Positions 1-10,689 are shown, numbered from the stretch's first letter. The stretch is DNA of 64,000 nucleotides from Terriglobales bacterium (GCA_963762965.1 CAVXME010000001.1:1314328-1378327); one strand, 5' to 3'. The notes: generated by a model not told the origin, from the sequence alone. Numbers and translations: made by a program.

Positions 1-93
1 CAGCGCTTTGGATCCGCTGGTTCGTCATTTTGGTGGGGACAGGAATGACGGTGTATTTTTTTGTGAAGGCGTATTAGGTTCGGCAGTCGCGTC

Positions 94-2712
94 TCACGGA
101 AGGTCCAGGTCGAGAGCATAAATTTCGCTGGTACCGAGGTCGCGCGCGAAGAGGCTCGAGCCGTCGGGAGCGACGCCGCTCCAGGCGCCGGCTACAGAGC
201 TGTTGTAACGATGCAAATCCTTCAAATCCAACAGGAGTTCCGAGCGGGTTTGGCCAAGCTTGACTCGGCGAAATGTGGGACGGTCGGTGAACGTGTTGTC
301 ATAGTAGAGATAGTTTCCATCGCGCGACCAATTGGGATAACCGATTGCGCCCGGTTCGTTGACCCAGTCCGACCACTTCTGGGTCTTGAAGCTGAAAATC
401 AAGAGTTTCAGGGAGTCGGCCGTGACGGCAGCCAGATACTGGCCGTCCGGCGACAAGCGTGGACTGAACAGGTTTGCTGAGCCGGGGATGGTAGAAATCT
501 GGCGGGTCGCTAGGTCCACGATGTGGATCGCCAAGGGTTCGGACGATCCCACTTGCTGGGTTCGACCGAATGCGATTTTCTTGCCATCGGGGGACCATGT
601 CTCGTCCGCTTCAGTGTGAGTTTCAGAGAGCATTTCCTGGGGCGTTCCCCCTTGGGCGGAGATCAGGAACCCCTTCCATGGCCGGCCGGGCTGAGCGTCG
701 ATATACGCGATCTGGGTCGCGTCAGGGGACCAATGCGGTATGCCAGCGACAACTGGCGGATAAGTGAGTTGCAGGCGATCGCTGCCATCCACACGGCAGC
801 GCCACAGTGATTGCTCAGGATAGGAAACATAGGTGACCCACTGACCGTCGCGGGAGAAATCCAGCTCTCCGGCGGAGATCCCCGAAAAAAACGGCACGAA
901 TTGATGGGACCTGGGGTCGTAGCGCACGAGTTCCGCGCGATCCTGTACCGCGTTGACAAAGAGTTTCTTGCCATCCGGGCTGGGTGCCAGGGCACCGAAG
1001 GCTAAGGGCCCGGTGGTCAGTTGGACGGGTGCGGAAGACCTCCAGTGGAACAGTCCGACGGGTTCACGCATGGCCCAAATGTTGGGGCCGCTCACGAAGA
1101 AGTAGTAGCGGCCATCCAACGTCCAGGCGCCGCAGCACTCAAGAGGTGGGTTGTGTCCTGCTGGACGCAGAGGATGAAGATCGCTGCCATCGGAGCGCAT
1201 TTCCCAGATCGAGTCAGAGTTGTTCTCCGGCACTATGATATCGAAGCGAATGCGAGCGCCATCTGGAGAAAAGGCTGGGGCCCGGGGAGTGCCTGAAACG
1301 GTAATCAGTTTCTTCGCATCGGTACCATCGGCGTTGGCCTGGAAGATGTCGGAGGCGTTGAAGAATACGAGGTGGCGGCCGTCAGGAGACCAGCTGGCGC
1401 CTTGACCGACAATGTCGGCGAGACGGCGAGGAGCTCCAGAGGGAAGGGGCAGAGCAAAGATCGGAAATTCCGCCGCGCTGCCCACCGAACTGTCCACCAA
1501 CAGTTGAGTGTGGTCGGGTGAAACGCCGATGACGTGCGCGTTGGCAAACGGGGTGGGAAGGGGCGAGGTCTCGCCGCCAGCTGCGGAAGCCTGAACAATC
1601 CGGCTCGCATCGGTTCCTTCATCCAAGTAGAGCCGGGAGCCATCGGTGACCAGGTTGCCTTTTGGCATACCGTCGCGTGTGAGTTGAGTGGTGTTGAGTA
1701 CTCGCGGCGGTGCGGGCGGGGAATTCATCCAGAAAAACGCGATGGCTAGAACGGCAATCACCGAGAGTCCTCCGGCCATCCAGCGCCAGAGTGACTTGTG
1801 AGGATGCGCTGGAACGGTCGCGGGGTCGATCTTTCCAGAAGTGGTGTCCCGTTTGAGGCGCTTTAGATCTGAGCGTAATTCCGCGGCGCTCTGATAGCGA
1901 ACTTCGCAATCCTTCTCAAGTGCCTTCTGGATGATGCGTTCTAACTCGGCAGGAATCTCCGGGTTGAGTCGTAACGGCGCGGTGGGCGCCTTATTCAGGA
2001 TGGCATTGAATAGAGCGGCGGTGGTGTTGCCGCGAAAGGGAAGACCGCCGGTGGCCATCTCGTAGAGGACGGCGCCGAAAGAAAACAAGTCCGTGCGAGC
2101 GTCGAGGTCCTTGCCCAGCGCTTGCTCAGGCGACATGTAGGCGAGCGTGCCTAACGCGCTGCCGGGGCTGGTGAGATGCTCGTCCGTCACCGTGCGGGCG
2201 GTGCCTGAATTCGAACCGGCTACCGGGCCGATTTTGGCCAGGCCGAAATCGAGGATCTTGGCGTGTCCTCGATCGGTAACAAATAAATTGGCCGGCTTGA
2301 TGTCGCGATGCACAATGCCTTTGCCGTGGGCGGCATCAAGGGCGTCCGCGACTTCCATGCCGATGTCGAGCAGGCGGTCGGTTTCGAGCGCGCGGCCGAA
2401 GATCAGTTCGCGGAGAGTCCGGCCGTCCAGATATTCCATTACGATGAAAGGCCGTCCCTCGTGTTCGCCGATTTCGTGAATGGTGCAAATGTTGGGATGG
2501 TTCAGAGCAGATGCAGCGCGCGCTTCGCGGCGGAAGCGCTCAAGCGCCTGTGGGTCCTGCGCGAACTCATCGGGTAAAAACTTCAGAGCGACAAAGCGGC
2601 CGAGTTGCGTGTCTTCGGCCTTGTAGACCACACCCATCCCGCCACCGCCGAGCTTGCTCAGGATGCGGTAGTGCGAGACAGTTTGCCCCAGTATGGATGG
2701 GGGATCGGGCAT
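94..2712 (-). CDS. Ser/Thr protein kinase with one TM segment and a C-terminal TolB-like (PD40/WD40-like) beta-propeller
   Basis: ORF 94..2841. Hanks kinase motifs are present: [11 protein letters not shown] plus [23 protein letters not shown]. The TM segment is [21 protein letters not shown], followed by repeated SPDG/WSPDG propeller motifs. I moved the start to the internal ATG at 2712 ([12 protein letters not shown]...) because the 43 upstream codons look like non-coding read-through. The start is uncertain. Confidence 0.85.
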   Translation of the reverse strand: MPDPPSILGQTVSHYRILSKLGGGGMGVVYKAEDTQLGRFVALKFLPDEFAQDPQALERFRREARAASALNHPNICTIHEIGEHEGRPFIVMEYLDGRTLRELIFGRALETDRLLDIGMEVADALDAAHGKGIVHRDIKPANLFVTDRGHAKILDFGLAKIGPVAGSNSGTARTVTDEHLTSPGSALGTLAYMSPEQALGKDLDARTDLFSFGAVLYEMATGGLPFRGNTTAALFNAILNKAPTAPLRLNPEIPAELERIIQKALEKDCEVRYQSAAELRSDLKRLKRDTTSGKIDPATVPAHPHKSLWRWMAGGLSVIAVLAIAFFWMNSPPAPPRVLNTTQLTRDGMPKGNLVTDGSRLYLDEGTDASRIVQASAAGGETSPLPTPFANAHVIGVSPDHTQLLVDSSVGSAAEFPIFALPLPSGAPRRLADIVGQGASWSPDGRHLVFFNASDIFQANADGTDAKKLITVSGTPRAPAFSPDGARIRFDIIVPENNSDSIWEMRSDGSDLHPLRPAGHNPPLECCGAWTLDGRYYFFVSGPNIWAMREPVGLFHWRSSAPVQLTTGPLAFGALAPSPDGKKLFVNAVQDRAELVRYDPRSHQFVPFFSGISAGELDFSRDGQWVTYVSYPEQSLWRCRVDGSDRLQLTYPPVVAGIPHWSPDATQIAYIDAQPGRPWKGFLISAQGGTPQEMLSETHTEADETWSPDGKKIAFGRTQQVGSSEPLAIHIVDLATRQISTIPGSANLFSPRLSPDGQYLAAVTADSLKLLIFSFKTQKWSDWVNEPGAIGYPNWSRDGNYLYYDNTFTDRPTFRRVKLGQTRSELLLDLKDLHRYNSSVAGAWSGVAPDGSSLFARDLGTSEIYALDLDLP

Positions 2713-2773
2713 GCCGCAACATGTTAGCAGAGACGGAGACAGCCGAGGGCCGGCTGTCCGTACGCGAGCATAT

Positions 2774-3250
2774 TTATTGCAGCGGCTCGGAGATGTGCTC
2801 GTGAACGATGAGCCATTTGCCGTCCTGCTTTTCGAAGACAAAAGTCCAGCGGAAGGTGGCCATGTCGCGCTTGCCGCTTTTATGAGTCATGTCTGACTTG
2901 ACGGTCGCGCTGCCCCAAACGTAGTCCCCGGCAGGATGAAACTGGATGTCGTCATTGACCGTGAAAGCGGCACTCTTGTAATCAGCGACCACGGCGACGA
3001 CGCCTTTCTGGTATTCATCCCAGCTATCGTATTTCAAGGGAGCTATGTCGAAGAAAGTGTGCGGCCCGGCGGCATAGTACTCGGCAACTTTCGAAGGATC
3101 GAGCGTGGACCAGCCATCCCATATTTTTTGCACATAGGCCTTATCCGGGATGGGGCCGGCGGCGGTCTTGGCAGATTTTTTGGTGGTGGCAAAACAGGAA
3201 AGACTGATGGCGAGGACCAGGGTCAATGGGGTGAGAACGCGCTTCAGCAT
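2774..3250 (-). CDS. SnoaL-like / NTF2-fold (DUF4440-like) putative lipoprotein
   Basis: ORF 2774..3319. ATG at 3250 gives [21 protein letters not shown], a signal peptide with a lipobox-like LSC. The C-terminal [18 protein letters not shown] is typical of the NTF2-like fold. Family assignment is from memory. Confidence 0.6.
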   Translation of the reverse strand: MLKRVLTPLTLVLAISLSCFATTKKSAKTAAGPIPDKAYVQKIWDGWSTLDPSKVAEYYAAGPHTFFDIAPLKYDSWDEYQKGVVAVVADYKSAAFTVNDDIQFHPAGDYVWGSATVKSDMTHKSGKRDMATFRWTFVFEKQDGKWLIVHEHISEPLQ

Positions 3251-3316
3251 TGGGTTTCCTCCGATTCGGCGGAGATTGTCGCATACCAGGAAAGCAAAAA
3301 CCACCAAGAAAATAGC

Positions 3317-3391
3317 CACGGATTACGCCGATATTCGCGGATAAACGAAAGCAATTTATGATTTATCCGTGCAAATCCGCGTAAATCCGTG
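3317..3391. promoter_or_regulatory. Cluster of five WWATCCGYG 9-mers in the divergent intergenic region (candidate transcription-factor binding array)
   Basis: Copies are cacggatta (3317-3325, reverse), cgcggataa (3336-3344, reverse), ttatccgtg (3363-3371), aaatccgcg (3373-3381) and aaatccgtg (3383-3391). The three direct copies are exactly 10 bp apart and end 20 bp upstream of the predicted rplU -35. Confidence 0.45.
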
Positions 3392-3410
3392 GCCGAGTTC
3401 CAGCTTTCGT

Positions 3411-3440
3411 TTGACGGTTTTCCACAGCACACGCTAGAAT
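3411..3440 (+). promoter_or_regulatory. Putative sigma70-type promoter of the rplU-rpmA(-obg) operon
   Basis: TTGACG (3411-3416), an 18-nt spacer, then TAGAAT (3435-3440). This leaves a ~150-nt leader before the rplU ATG at 3591. Confidence 0.45.
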
Positions 3441-3590
3441 AGTGGAGTTTGCCTGTACGCGCGGTCCTGTTCTGGGGCCGTCCGCATTCGTTGCCGAGAG
3501 CGCCGACGCGGAAAGCAGCAAGCACGGACAATTTCAGTTCCCCAGATCGCACAAGTCTGCGACGGGATGCGTTTTGATGGAGGCATAGGT

Positions 3591-4070
3591 ATGTACGCGG
3601 TCATCCGCGCTGGTGGAAAGCAGTACCGAGTGGCGCCCGGAGATGTGGTTCGCCTGGAGACCCAGGCCGATACAGACGGCAAAGTCGAGTTCAGCGACGT
3701 ACTGGCGGTTTCCGGCGGCGATGGCCAGATTGGCCTGCCGAAGTCCGGCGCGCACGTGAGTGGACAGGTCGTCGAGCAGGGACGCGCCAAGAAAATTCTC
3801 GTCTTCCATTACAAGCGCAAAAAGCAGTACAAGAAGCTGCGTGGACATCGGCAGGCGTTCACTGCCGTGCGCATCACCGAGATCGCGTTCGATGGGCAGA
3901 GTTTCAAGGCGCCTGAGCTTCCTAAGAAGGAACCCAAAGTGAAGAAGGCTGCGCCGGTGGAAGTGGAGCACGTGGAAGCCAAGGCGAAGACTCATGCGGC
4001 TCCCGCAAAGAAGAAGGCTGTAGCTAAGAAGGCTGCGCCTAAGAAAGCTGCACCGAAAAAGAAGAAGTAG
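3591..4070 (+). CDS. rplU: 50S ribosomal protein L21 with Lys/Ala-rich C-terminal extension
   Basis: MYAVIRAGGKQYRVAPGD... is the canonical L21 N-terminus. GGAGG lies at 3579-3583. About 55 extra C-terminal residues follow (..AKAKTHAAPAKKKAVAKKAAPKKAAPKKKK). Confidence 0.95.
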   Translation: MYAVIRAGGKQYRVAPGDVVRLETQADTDGKVEFSDVLAVSGGDGQIGLPKSGAHVSGQVVEQGRAKKILVFHYKRKKQYKKLRGHRQAFTAVRITEIAFDGQSFKAPELPKKEPKVKKAAPVEVEHVEAKAKTHAAPAKKKAVAKKAAPKKAAPKKKK

Positions 4071-4081
4071 TGGCAGGAGTA

Positions 4082-4144
4082 GGGGTCCTTCGACTCCATA
4101 AGTTTGGTCGCGGAGCGCCCAAACTTATTACGCTCAGGATGACA
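4082..4144 (+). repeat. REP-like palindromic element, family R1 (GGGGTCCTTCGACTCC..palindrome..GCTCAGGATGACA)
   Basis: One of five copies in the window: 4082, 5694 and 10630 forward; 57861 and 62643 reverse. The conserved ends flank a variable internal palindrome (ataagtttgg...ccaaacttat). Confidence 0.85.
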
Positions 4145-4171
4145 TCGAATTTTTAGATTGAGGAATAGGTC

Positions 4172-4435
4172 ATGGCACATAAAAAAGGTCAGGGTACTTC
4201 ACGAAACGGGCGCGATTCCAACGCGCAGAGACTTGGCTTCAAGGCGTTCGGCGGACAGATTGTTCCCGGCGGCACGATCATCGTGCGGCAGCGGGGTACG
4301 CGGGTAAAGCCGGGCCTGAATGTTGGCCGCGGCAAGGACGACACCTTGTTTGCCAAGATCACCGGCCGCATCAAGTTTTTAGATAAGGGCGGCATGGGTA
4401 AGTTTGTGATGGTGGAGCCCCTCGTCGCGAAGTAG
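4172..4435 (+). CDS. rpmA: 50S ribosomal protein L27
   Basis: [31 protein letters not shown].. is the canonical L27 sequence. Confidence 0.97.
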   Translation: MAHKKGQGTSRNGRDSNAQRLGFKAFGGQIVPGGTIIVRQRGTRVKPGLNVGRGKDDTLFAKITGRIKFLDKGGMGKFVMVEPLVAK

Positions 4436-4493
4436 GCGGCTTTTGAGACACTGCATCGCGGACAGGAGTGTCCGCGCCACACTTTCAACCTTG

Positions 4494-4527
4494 CAGCCTC
4501 GCCTTCGGGCTGAGGCTTTTTGTTTTT

Positions 4528-4528
<1 letters not shown>
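4494..4528 (+). terminator. Rho-independent terminator/attenuator between rpmA and obg
   Basis: The stem is agcctcgcc/ggc(t)gaggct with a ttcg loop (4495-4517), followed by tttttgttttt. Confidence 0.6.
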
Positions 4529-5659
<1,131 letters not shown>

Positions 5660-5693
5660 CTGCCGAGAACGCTGGGAGCGCGGAGGAAATGCA

Positions 5694-5756
5694 GGGGTCC
5701 TTCGACTCCGCATAATCATTCGCTTCGCGAACGATTATGCTGCGCTCAGGATGACA
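5694..5756 (+). repeat. REP-like element, family R1
   Basis: ggggtccttcgactccgcataatcattcgcttcgcgaacgattatgctgcgctcaggatgaca has the same conserved ends as the copy at 4082. Confidence 0.85.
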
Positions 5757-5822
5757 AGATTGTTTGGATGGGGAATAACAAAGGCGTCCGTTAAATTGGA
5801 CGCCTCTTTTCTTTGGGTTTCG

Positions 5823-5852
5823 CCAACGACCAACGACGCACGACCAACGACC
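5823..5852. repeat. Heptamer-periodic array (CCAACGA units), single arm
   Basis: ccaacgaccaacgacgcacgaccaacgacc lies just 3' of the histidine kinase stop codon. No partner arm was seen nearby. Confidence 0.75.
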
Positions 5853-5856
5853 GCTC

Positions 5857-8136
5857 TTAAGCTTCCGGCACGTGTGCGCCGTGCTGGAAGTGATATTGAA
5901 TGATCTTGGCCGCAAGTGCTGGGCCAATGGTTGATTTTTCGCTTTGCATGGAACGGACGACTTCACCGCGGCAGACGACCTCCGCGGCAGACAATCCTGC
6001 AATTTCCGCCGGTAGCACGAGATTGATTTCCAATTGAACATTCGCCGGTAAAGATTCTTCTGCACGAAATAGCATTCCCGAGCGGCTTATGTTTTCGGTA
6101 GTGCCGTTGCGCCAATCGTCTTCGCCGATGGGGCGGTATTTTAACGGCAGGTGAAGGTTGAATCGTTGGGCGCGGAAGGGAGAAGACAGAGTCTCCCGCA
6201 CGCGGCCAAAGCGGGGCTGTGTTGCTGAACGAGCGGACATGGCAACCTCTTGGGGGAGTGGTGTATCAATGACCTCCCGCACTTTGGCTTGCAGAGCGGG
6301 GAGGGAAAAAGGCTTCTGGAGCAGAGTGATTCCCGCGTCCAGCGTGCCGTTGTGGCCAATCGCGTTCTCGGTGTATCCCGACATGTATAGGATTTTCATC
6401 TCGGGACGCACGCGAGCAAGTTGGTTGGCAAGTTCACGCCCATTCATGCCGGGCATGATGACATCGGTGAGCAGCAGATGAATGGGGCCAGGGTAGAGCG
6501 CCGAGACTTTCGTGGCGGCCGGCCCATCGGCAGCCTCGAGCACGGTGTATCCCTGCTTCTCGAGAAATTGCCGGGCCAGGCGGCGCAGGTTGGTTTCGTC
6601 TTCAACCACCAAAATGGTTTCTTTGCCGCGCTCGCCCTGCATCGCAGGAACCGGTAACTGAGCAGAGACGGTTTCTCCGGCGGCGGTCACGCGCGGCAGA
6701 TAAATCTTGAACGTCGTCCCTTTTCCTTGTTCGCTGTAAACGTAGATGAACCCGCCACTCTGCTTGATGATGCCGTACACGGTCGAGAGTCCGAGGCCCG
6801 TGCCCTTGAGTCCCTTGGTCGTGTAGAACGGCTCGAAGATATGGGTCTGAGTGTCGGCGTCCATGCCCATGCCGGTGTCGCTGATGGCGATCATCACGTA
6901 CTCGCCGGGTTGGGCCGGAGGGTGGAACCGGGCGTAAGTTTCGTCGAGCGTGACGTTGGAAGTCTCAAGCGTGAGCTTGCCGCCGTTGGGCATTGCGTCG
7001 CGCGCGTTCACGGCCAGGTTCATGATGACTTGCTCGACCTGTCCGGGGTCGGCTTTGACAGCACCCAGATCCGCGCCGGGGACCATTACCATGTCGATGT
7101 CTTCGCCGATCAGGCGATCCAGCAGCTTGAGATTTTCTGTAACTACCGCGTTCAAGTCGAGGATTTTGGGGGCGAGCATCTGCTTGCGGCTGAAGGCCAG
7201 CAGCTGGCGAGTGAGTGCGGTGGCGCGGTTGGCGGCGTTGGCGATCTCCTGTGCCGGGCCGCGCAACTCAGGATTTGAGCCGACTCGATCTAGCAGGAAC
7301 TCGCAGTAACCAGAAATCACCATCAGCAGATTGTTGAAATCGTGGGCAATCCCGCCCGCGAGCCGGCCGACCGCTTCCATCTTCTGCGACTGGCGAAGCT
7401 GCTGTTCCAGCGCACGGTGCTCAGTCACGTCCTCGGCAAATAACTCGAAGAAGATTCGGTTACGCTCGCCGCGAATAGTGCGCCCCGAAAGGCGGGCGCT
7501 CATGTAAGTGCCGTCCTTGCGGATCCATTCCGCAGCCAGTCCGTTGAACGACTGCAAGGAACGCAGATGATCGGCCACCGTGAACCATTGCTGCGTGTCG
7601 GCATACAAGGTCGCAAGATCGCAGCCGACTAGTTCTCTGGCGGAAGAATGACCCAGCATCGCAATCAACGCGGGATTGGCATCAAGCAGAATGCCACCGG
7701 AATCGCAACGGCAGATTCCGTAGGGAGCGTTGGTCACCAGCGAGCGGAAGTTCATTTCTGAGCGCCGCAATCCCTCCTGGGCCGAACGCAGCGCGGCGTT
7801 GAAAGAACAAATCAGCAGGGCCACGAAGACAAACAGCGTCAGATGTATGATGGCTTTGCGATATTCGGCGTGGGTGCTGGCGCCGCTGAAAGAGAAATAC
7901 GCGCTGACGGTCAGAGCAAAAGAAGTGGCAACCAGGCCGGGTTTCCAGCCGCCATACCACGCGCTGACCATGATGGCGACGGAAAACACCACCAGCCGGC
8001 TTTCGACGACGTCCGAGAGCAGGAAAGCTGGGATCAGGGCCAGAGTAATGCTGAGAACGGCGACCCCGTACCGGAGGATGGGCGCCCGAGCCGGGGGAAT
8101 GAAGCGTTTGCGGAGAAGGGGGAGCTTCGCTCGCAT
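5857..8136 (-). CDS. Hybrid sensor histidine kinase: membrane N-terminus, PAS, HisKA, HATPase, receiver, C-terminal PilZ-like domain
   Basis: ORF 5857..8157, with ATG at 8136 preferred over TTG at 8157. Motifs seen: H-box [12 protein letters not shown]-box [11 protein letters not shown]-boxes DTGMGMD and GTGLGLS, and receiver ILVVEDE...[13 protein letters not shown]. The C-terminal ~110 aa carry a PilZ-like NISRSG (N-x-S-x-x-G) motif, but the upstream Arg motif is non-canonical (FRAQRF). Confidence 0.85.
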   Translation of the reverse strand: MRAKLPLLRKRFIPPARAPILRYGVAVLSITLALIPAFLLSDVVESRLVVFSVAIMVSAWYGGWKPGLVATSFALTVSAYFSFSGASTHAEYRKAIIHLTLFVFVALLICSFNAALRSAQEGLRRSEMNFRSLVTNAPYGICRCDSGGILLDANPALIAMLGHSSARELVGCDLATLYADTQQWFTVADHLRSLQSFNGLAAEWIRKDGTYMSARLSGRTIRGERNRIFFELFAEDVTEHRALEQQLRQSQKMEAVGRLAGGIAHDFNNLLMVISGYCEFLLDRVGSNPELRGPAQEIANAANRATALTRQLLAFSRKQMLAPKILDLNAVVTENLKLLDRLIGEDIDMVMVPGADLGAVKADPGQVEQVIMNLAVNARDAMPNGGKLTLETSNVTLDETYARFHPPAQPGEYVMIAISDTGMGMDADTQTHIFEPFYTTKGLKGTGLGLSTVYGIIKQSGGFIYVYSEQGKGTTFKIYLPRVTAAGETVSAQLPVPAMQGERGKETILVVEDETNLRRLARQFLEKQGYTVLEAADGPAATKVSALYPGPIHLLLTDVIMPGMNGRELANQLARVRPEMKILYMSGYTENAIGHNGTLDAGITLLQKPFSLPALQAKVREVIDTPLPQEVAMSARSATQPRFGRVRETLSSPFRAQRFNLHLPLKYRPIGEDDWRNGTTENISRSGMLFRAEESLPANVQLEINLVLPAEIAGLSAAEVVCRGEVVRSMQSEKSTIGPALAAKIIQYHFQHGAHVPEA

Positions 8137-8326
8137 ACAAATTGAATTTAGTTCCAAAATGGGACTGGCGCGAGTTACGGGAGTTCATCGGATGGCGCCA
8201 GGGTGGACAACTTGAACAATGCCCATAAGGACAGGCCGCCGAGGCGATTATTCGCGGGAGAAATTGGCATTTGGCAGAGTGGTTTGCAGCGAAATCTCAA
8301 ATTGCGAAAACTGACATAACCAAACC

Positions 8327-9031
8327 ATGAATATAGGCCTCTTCGGTGGGACCTTCGATCCCATTCACAACGGACATCTGGCGCTGGCCCGGGCCGCGCA
8401 GGAGCACTTTCAACTTGGCGAGATTCACTTTGTCCCCGCCAATGTTCCGCCGCATAAGCGGCAGCCTGTGGCGTCCTATTTTCACCGCTATGCCATGGTG
8501 ACGCTGGCGAGCATGGGTGAGAAGAACTTCTTGCCGTCGCTTCTGGAAGCGCCTGAGACGGGCGCGATTGCTTCCAAGGGAAAGAAGGCTGATGCGAAGC
8601 CGGCCGTGAATTACAGCATCGATACTTTGCGGCGGTTGAAGTCGACGCTGAAGAAGAGTGACCGGCTGTTCTTTCTGATCGGTATCGATGCCTTCAAGGA
8701 CATTGCCCAGTGGCATGAGCCCGAGGCGTTATTCCGCGAATGTGAATTCATTGTCGCCAGCCGCCCGGGATATTTTCTCGCCGATGTCGCCAACTCCCTA
8801 CCTCTGAGCCTGCGTCCCAAGGTGGCAGTGATGAAGCCTTTCGCCAAGCAAGCCGCCACTGGTGACTTGGTTTTGAGTGGCGTGACCCTGCACATGCTGG
8901 GAGACGTGAATCAGAACATTTCCGCGACGGCGATCCGGGAAGCGGTGGCGGCGAAGAAGTCTGTGGGACGGCTGCTCGATCCGGCAGTTGCGGCATATAT
9001 CAAGAAGATGGAGTTGTATCTCAGGCGCTAG
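8327..9031 (+). CDS. nadD: Nicotinate-nucleotide adenylyltransferase
   Basis: MNIGLFGGTFDPIHNGHL.. contains the (H/T)xGH nucleotidyltransferase motif. Gene order is nadD-rsfS-rlmH. Confidence 0.9.
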   Translation: MNIGLFGGTFDPIHNGHLALARAAQEHFQLGEIHFVPANVPPHKRQPVASYFHRYAMVTLASMGEKNFLPSLLEAPETGAIASKGKKADAKPAVNYSIDTLRRLKSTLKKSDRLFFLIGIDAFKDIAQWHEPEALFRECEFIVASRPGYFLADVANSLPLSLRPKVAVMKPFAKQAATGDLVLSGVTLHMLGDVNQNISATAIREAVAAKKSVGRLLDPAVAAYIKKMELYLRR

Positions 9032-9054
9032 GCTTTAGGCGCTGGGGCGCTAGG
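9022..9054. repeat. Heptamer-periodic array (TAGGCNN units) overlapping the nadD stop codon
   Basis: The array reads caggcgc taggctt taggcgc tggggcg ctagg. The nadD TAG at 9029-9031 lies inside it. Confidence 0.7.
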
Positions 9055-9220
9055 AAACGAGCACTCCTCTTTGGCTTCTTCGCTTTCAGCCAGATGGGGT
9101 AGATCTTGGGTGGAGCAGGCCTTCCCAGGCCTGCGTCTCTGGCGAATTCAAAATGACGGGCTTTAGCCCCCTAGGTACGTACCACAGCGGCTAAAGCCTT
9201 CCACTGCTCTGCCTTTTAAC

Positions 9221-9245
9221 GCAGCGCTGAAGCGCTGCTCCACCC
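9221..9245. repeat. Palindromic repeat, family R3 (GCAGCGCTNAAGCGCTGC-NCCACCC)
   Basis: gcagcgctgaagcgctgctccaccc has a second copy, gcagcgcttaagcgctgcgccacccc, at 9818-9844. Both flank rsfS. Extra hairpins (ggctttagcc..ggctaaagcc) occupy 9140-9200. Confidence 0.75.
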
Positions 9246-9318
9246 AAAAGCTCTCAGTGTGTGATGGACTCGGGCCGCCATCCATTACAATGGAAGTGAG
9301 CGAATAACAATCTAACGC

Positions 9319-9771
9319 ATGATTAAATCTACAGACCGCAAGAAAAAAGCCGACCTGAAAAAGCAAACTACCGACCTCAAGAAACAACTTTCCGAAGCCA
9401 TTGCTGCCTGCCAGGACAAAAAGGCGGAAGAAATCACTATTCTCGAATTGGACCAGGACTCGGGAGCGTTTACCGATTACTTCGTGGTGTGCAGTGGCAC
9501 GAATGCCAAGCAGATTCAATCCATTGCCGATGAAGTGGAAGACCGGCTGGAAGCAGCTGGGCATCGTCCGGTCAATAAAGAGGGATACAAGCAGGCGGAA
9601 TGGGTGCTGCTGGATTATTTGAATTTTGTGGTGCACATTTTCACGGAGAAGGCCCGCAAATATTACGATCTGGAACGGCTCTGGAAGACCGCCAAGCGGC
9701 TGGAGCCGGGGGAACTGAAGGCTGTCCGGAAGCGTGCGGCGGTGGGAACAGCGAAGAAGAAGCGAGCGTAG
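9319..9771 (+). CDS. rsfS: Ribosome silencing factor RsfS (iojap-like)
   Basis: ..FTDYFVVCSGTNAKQIQSIADEV...WVLLDYLNFVVHIFTEKARKYYDLERLW is the RsfS signature. Confidence 0.9.
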   Translation: MIKSTDRKKKADLKKQTTDLKKQLSEAIAACQDKKAEEITILELDQDSGAFTDYFVVCSGTNAKQIQSIADEVEDRLEAAGHRPVNKEGYKQAEWVLLDYLNFVVHIFTEKARKYYDLERLWKTAKRLEPGELKAVRKRAAVGTAKKKRA

Positions 9772-9817
9772 CGTGAACCTCAGGTGCTAAAGCACGTGCG
9801 TAAACCCACCCTAGATC

Positions 9818-9844
9818 GCAGCGCTTAAGCGCTGCGCCACCCCA
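9818..9844. repeat. Palindromic repeat, family R3
   Basis: See the copy at 9221. It is preceded by a small hairpin gtgctaaagcac. Confidence 0.75.
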
Positions 9845-9893
9845 AACCAGAGTTTTTCGCTCTGCGAAGTCGCTCTATGGTCAAATCCGGACT

Positions 9894-10337
9894 GTGAAAA
9901 TTAAGATTGCATGGATCGGTAAGACCAAATCCCCTGCCATTCAGGCGCTGACCGACGAATATCTGAAGCGCCTGTCTCACTATACCGAGACGGAAGGCCT
10001 GACATTAAAGGACGAGGCTGCACTGCTGACGCTATGTGGCGCGAATGCGCGGCCCACGAAGCATGTGCTGGTATTGCTGGATAGCAAAGGCAGGCAGCTT
10101 TCTTCCGAGGATTTCGCCAAGTTTCTCGGTGACCATCAGGACCGCAATCCGCTGCCGCTGCTGTTTGCGATTGGCCCGGCGAACGGGTTTTCTGAGCAGA
10201 CTCGGCAATCGGCAACGCTAGTGCTTTCGCTGGGCAAAATGACCCTGGCCCACGAGTTGGCCCGTGTGGTGCTTCTGGAGCAGTTGTATCGCGGGTTCAC
10301 CATCCTGAAGGGCCATCCGTACCATCTGGGACACTGA
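9894..10337 (+). CDS. rlmH: 23S rRNA (pseudouridine1915-N3)-methyltransferase RlmH
   Basis: GTG start. The SPOUT-type sequence MKIKIAWIGKTK...GPANGF...LSLGKMTLAHELARVVLLEQLYR..HPYH sits directly downstream of rsfS. Confidence 0.88.
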   Translation: MKIKIAWIGKTKSPAIQALTDEYLKRLSHYTETEGLTLKDEAALLTLCGANARPTKHVLVLLDSKGRQLSSEDFAKFLGDHQDRNPLPLLFAIGPANGFSEQTRQSATLVLSLGKMTLAHELARVVLLEQLYRGFTILKGHPYHLGH

Positions 10338-10426
10338 GGTTGTAAGGAAATCAGGCGTGTACTTTCGTGATGTTTCCCATTCAGGCGGTGCAGTCTAGAT
10401 TCGTTGCAGACACGAGGAGCACTGCC

Positions 10427-10585
10427 ATGAAGAATCCCCAAGAAGTTCTCCGGACCAAAGAATTGGAATTATCGCGGGTAAAGAACGAGATCAATGCCCT
10501 GCGGATTGCCGCGCGTTTGCTGGGAGATGAAAAGCCCATCGGCGATCCCAAGAGCAACGGGCAGCAAGTTATTGAGATGCCCTAA
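10427..10585 (+). CDS. Small hypothetical coiled-coil protein (52 aa)
   Basis: This is the internal ATG of ORF 10367..10585. AGGAG lies ~8 nt upstream (10413-10417). The product is MKNPQEVLRTKELELSRVKNEINALRIAARLL... No family was recognised. Confidence 0.4.
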   Translation: MKNPQEVLRTKELELSRVKNEINALRIAARLLGDEKPIGDPKSNGQQVIEMP

Positions 10586-10629
10586 GAGTTTGTAGCTGCA
10601 GCCCTCCCAATCTTTCAGAAAAGTGCAGA

Positions 10630-10689
10630 GGTCCTTCGACTTCGCCTAATCGTTCGCTAACGAACGATTAAGCTGCGCTCAGGATGACA
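10630..10689 (+). repeat. REP-like element, family R1
   Basis: ggtccttcgacttcgcctaatcgttcgctaacgaacgattaagctgcgctcaggatgaca. Confidence 0.85.

Noticed and set aside
23-62. Hairpin plus T-run at the extreme left edge, a possible terminator of an upstream gene
   Set aside because: The stem is only 7 bp with a 14-nt loop, and the gene it would terminate is outside the window. This is too weak to list as a feature.
2713-2841. N-terminal 43-codon extension of the kinase ORF. Similar long-start versions were seen for 2774..3319, 3567.., 15136.., 21211.., 55635.., 56279.. and 57342...
   Set aside because: The upstream codons lack protein-like composition or overlap other features such as the tRNA or repeats. 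Internal starts give canonical N-termini or signal peptides, often with an SD-like sequence.
3317-3391. The 9-mer cluster interpreted as DnaA boxes or oriC
   Set aside because: TTATCCGTG/AAATCCGCG differ from TTATCCACA at the critical 3' ACA positions. There is no dnaA/dnaN neighbourhood and no clear AT-rich unwinding element. I kept it only as a generic binding-site array.
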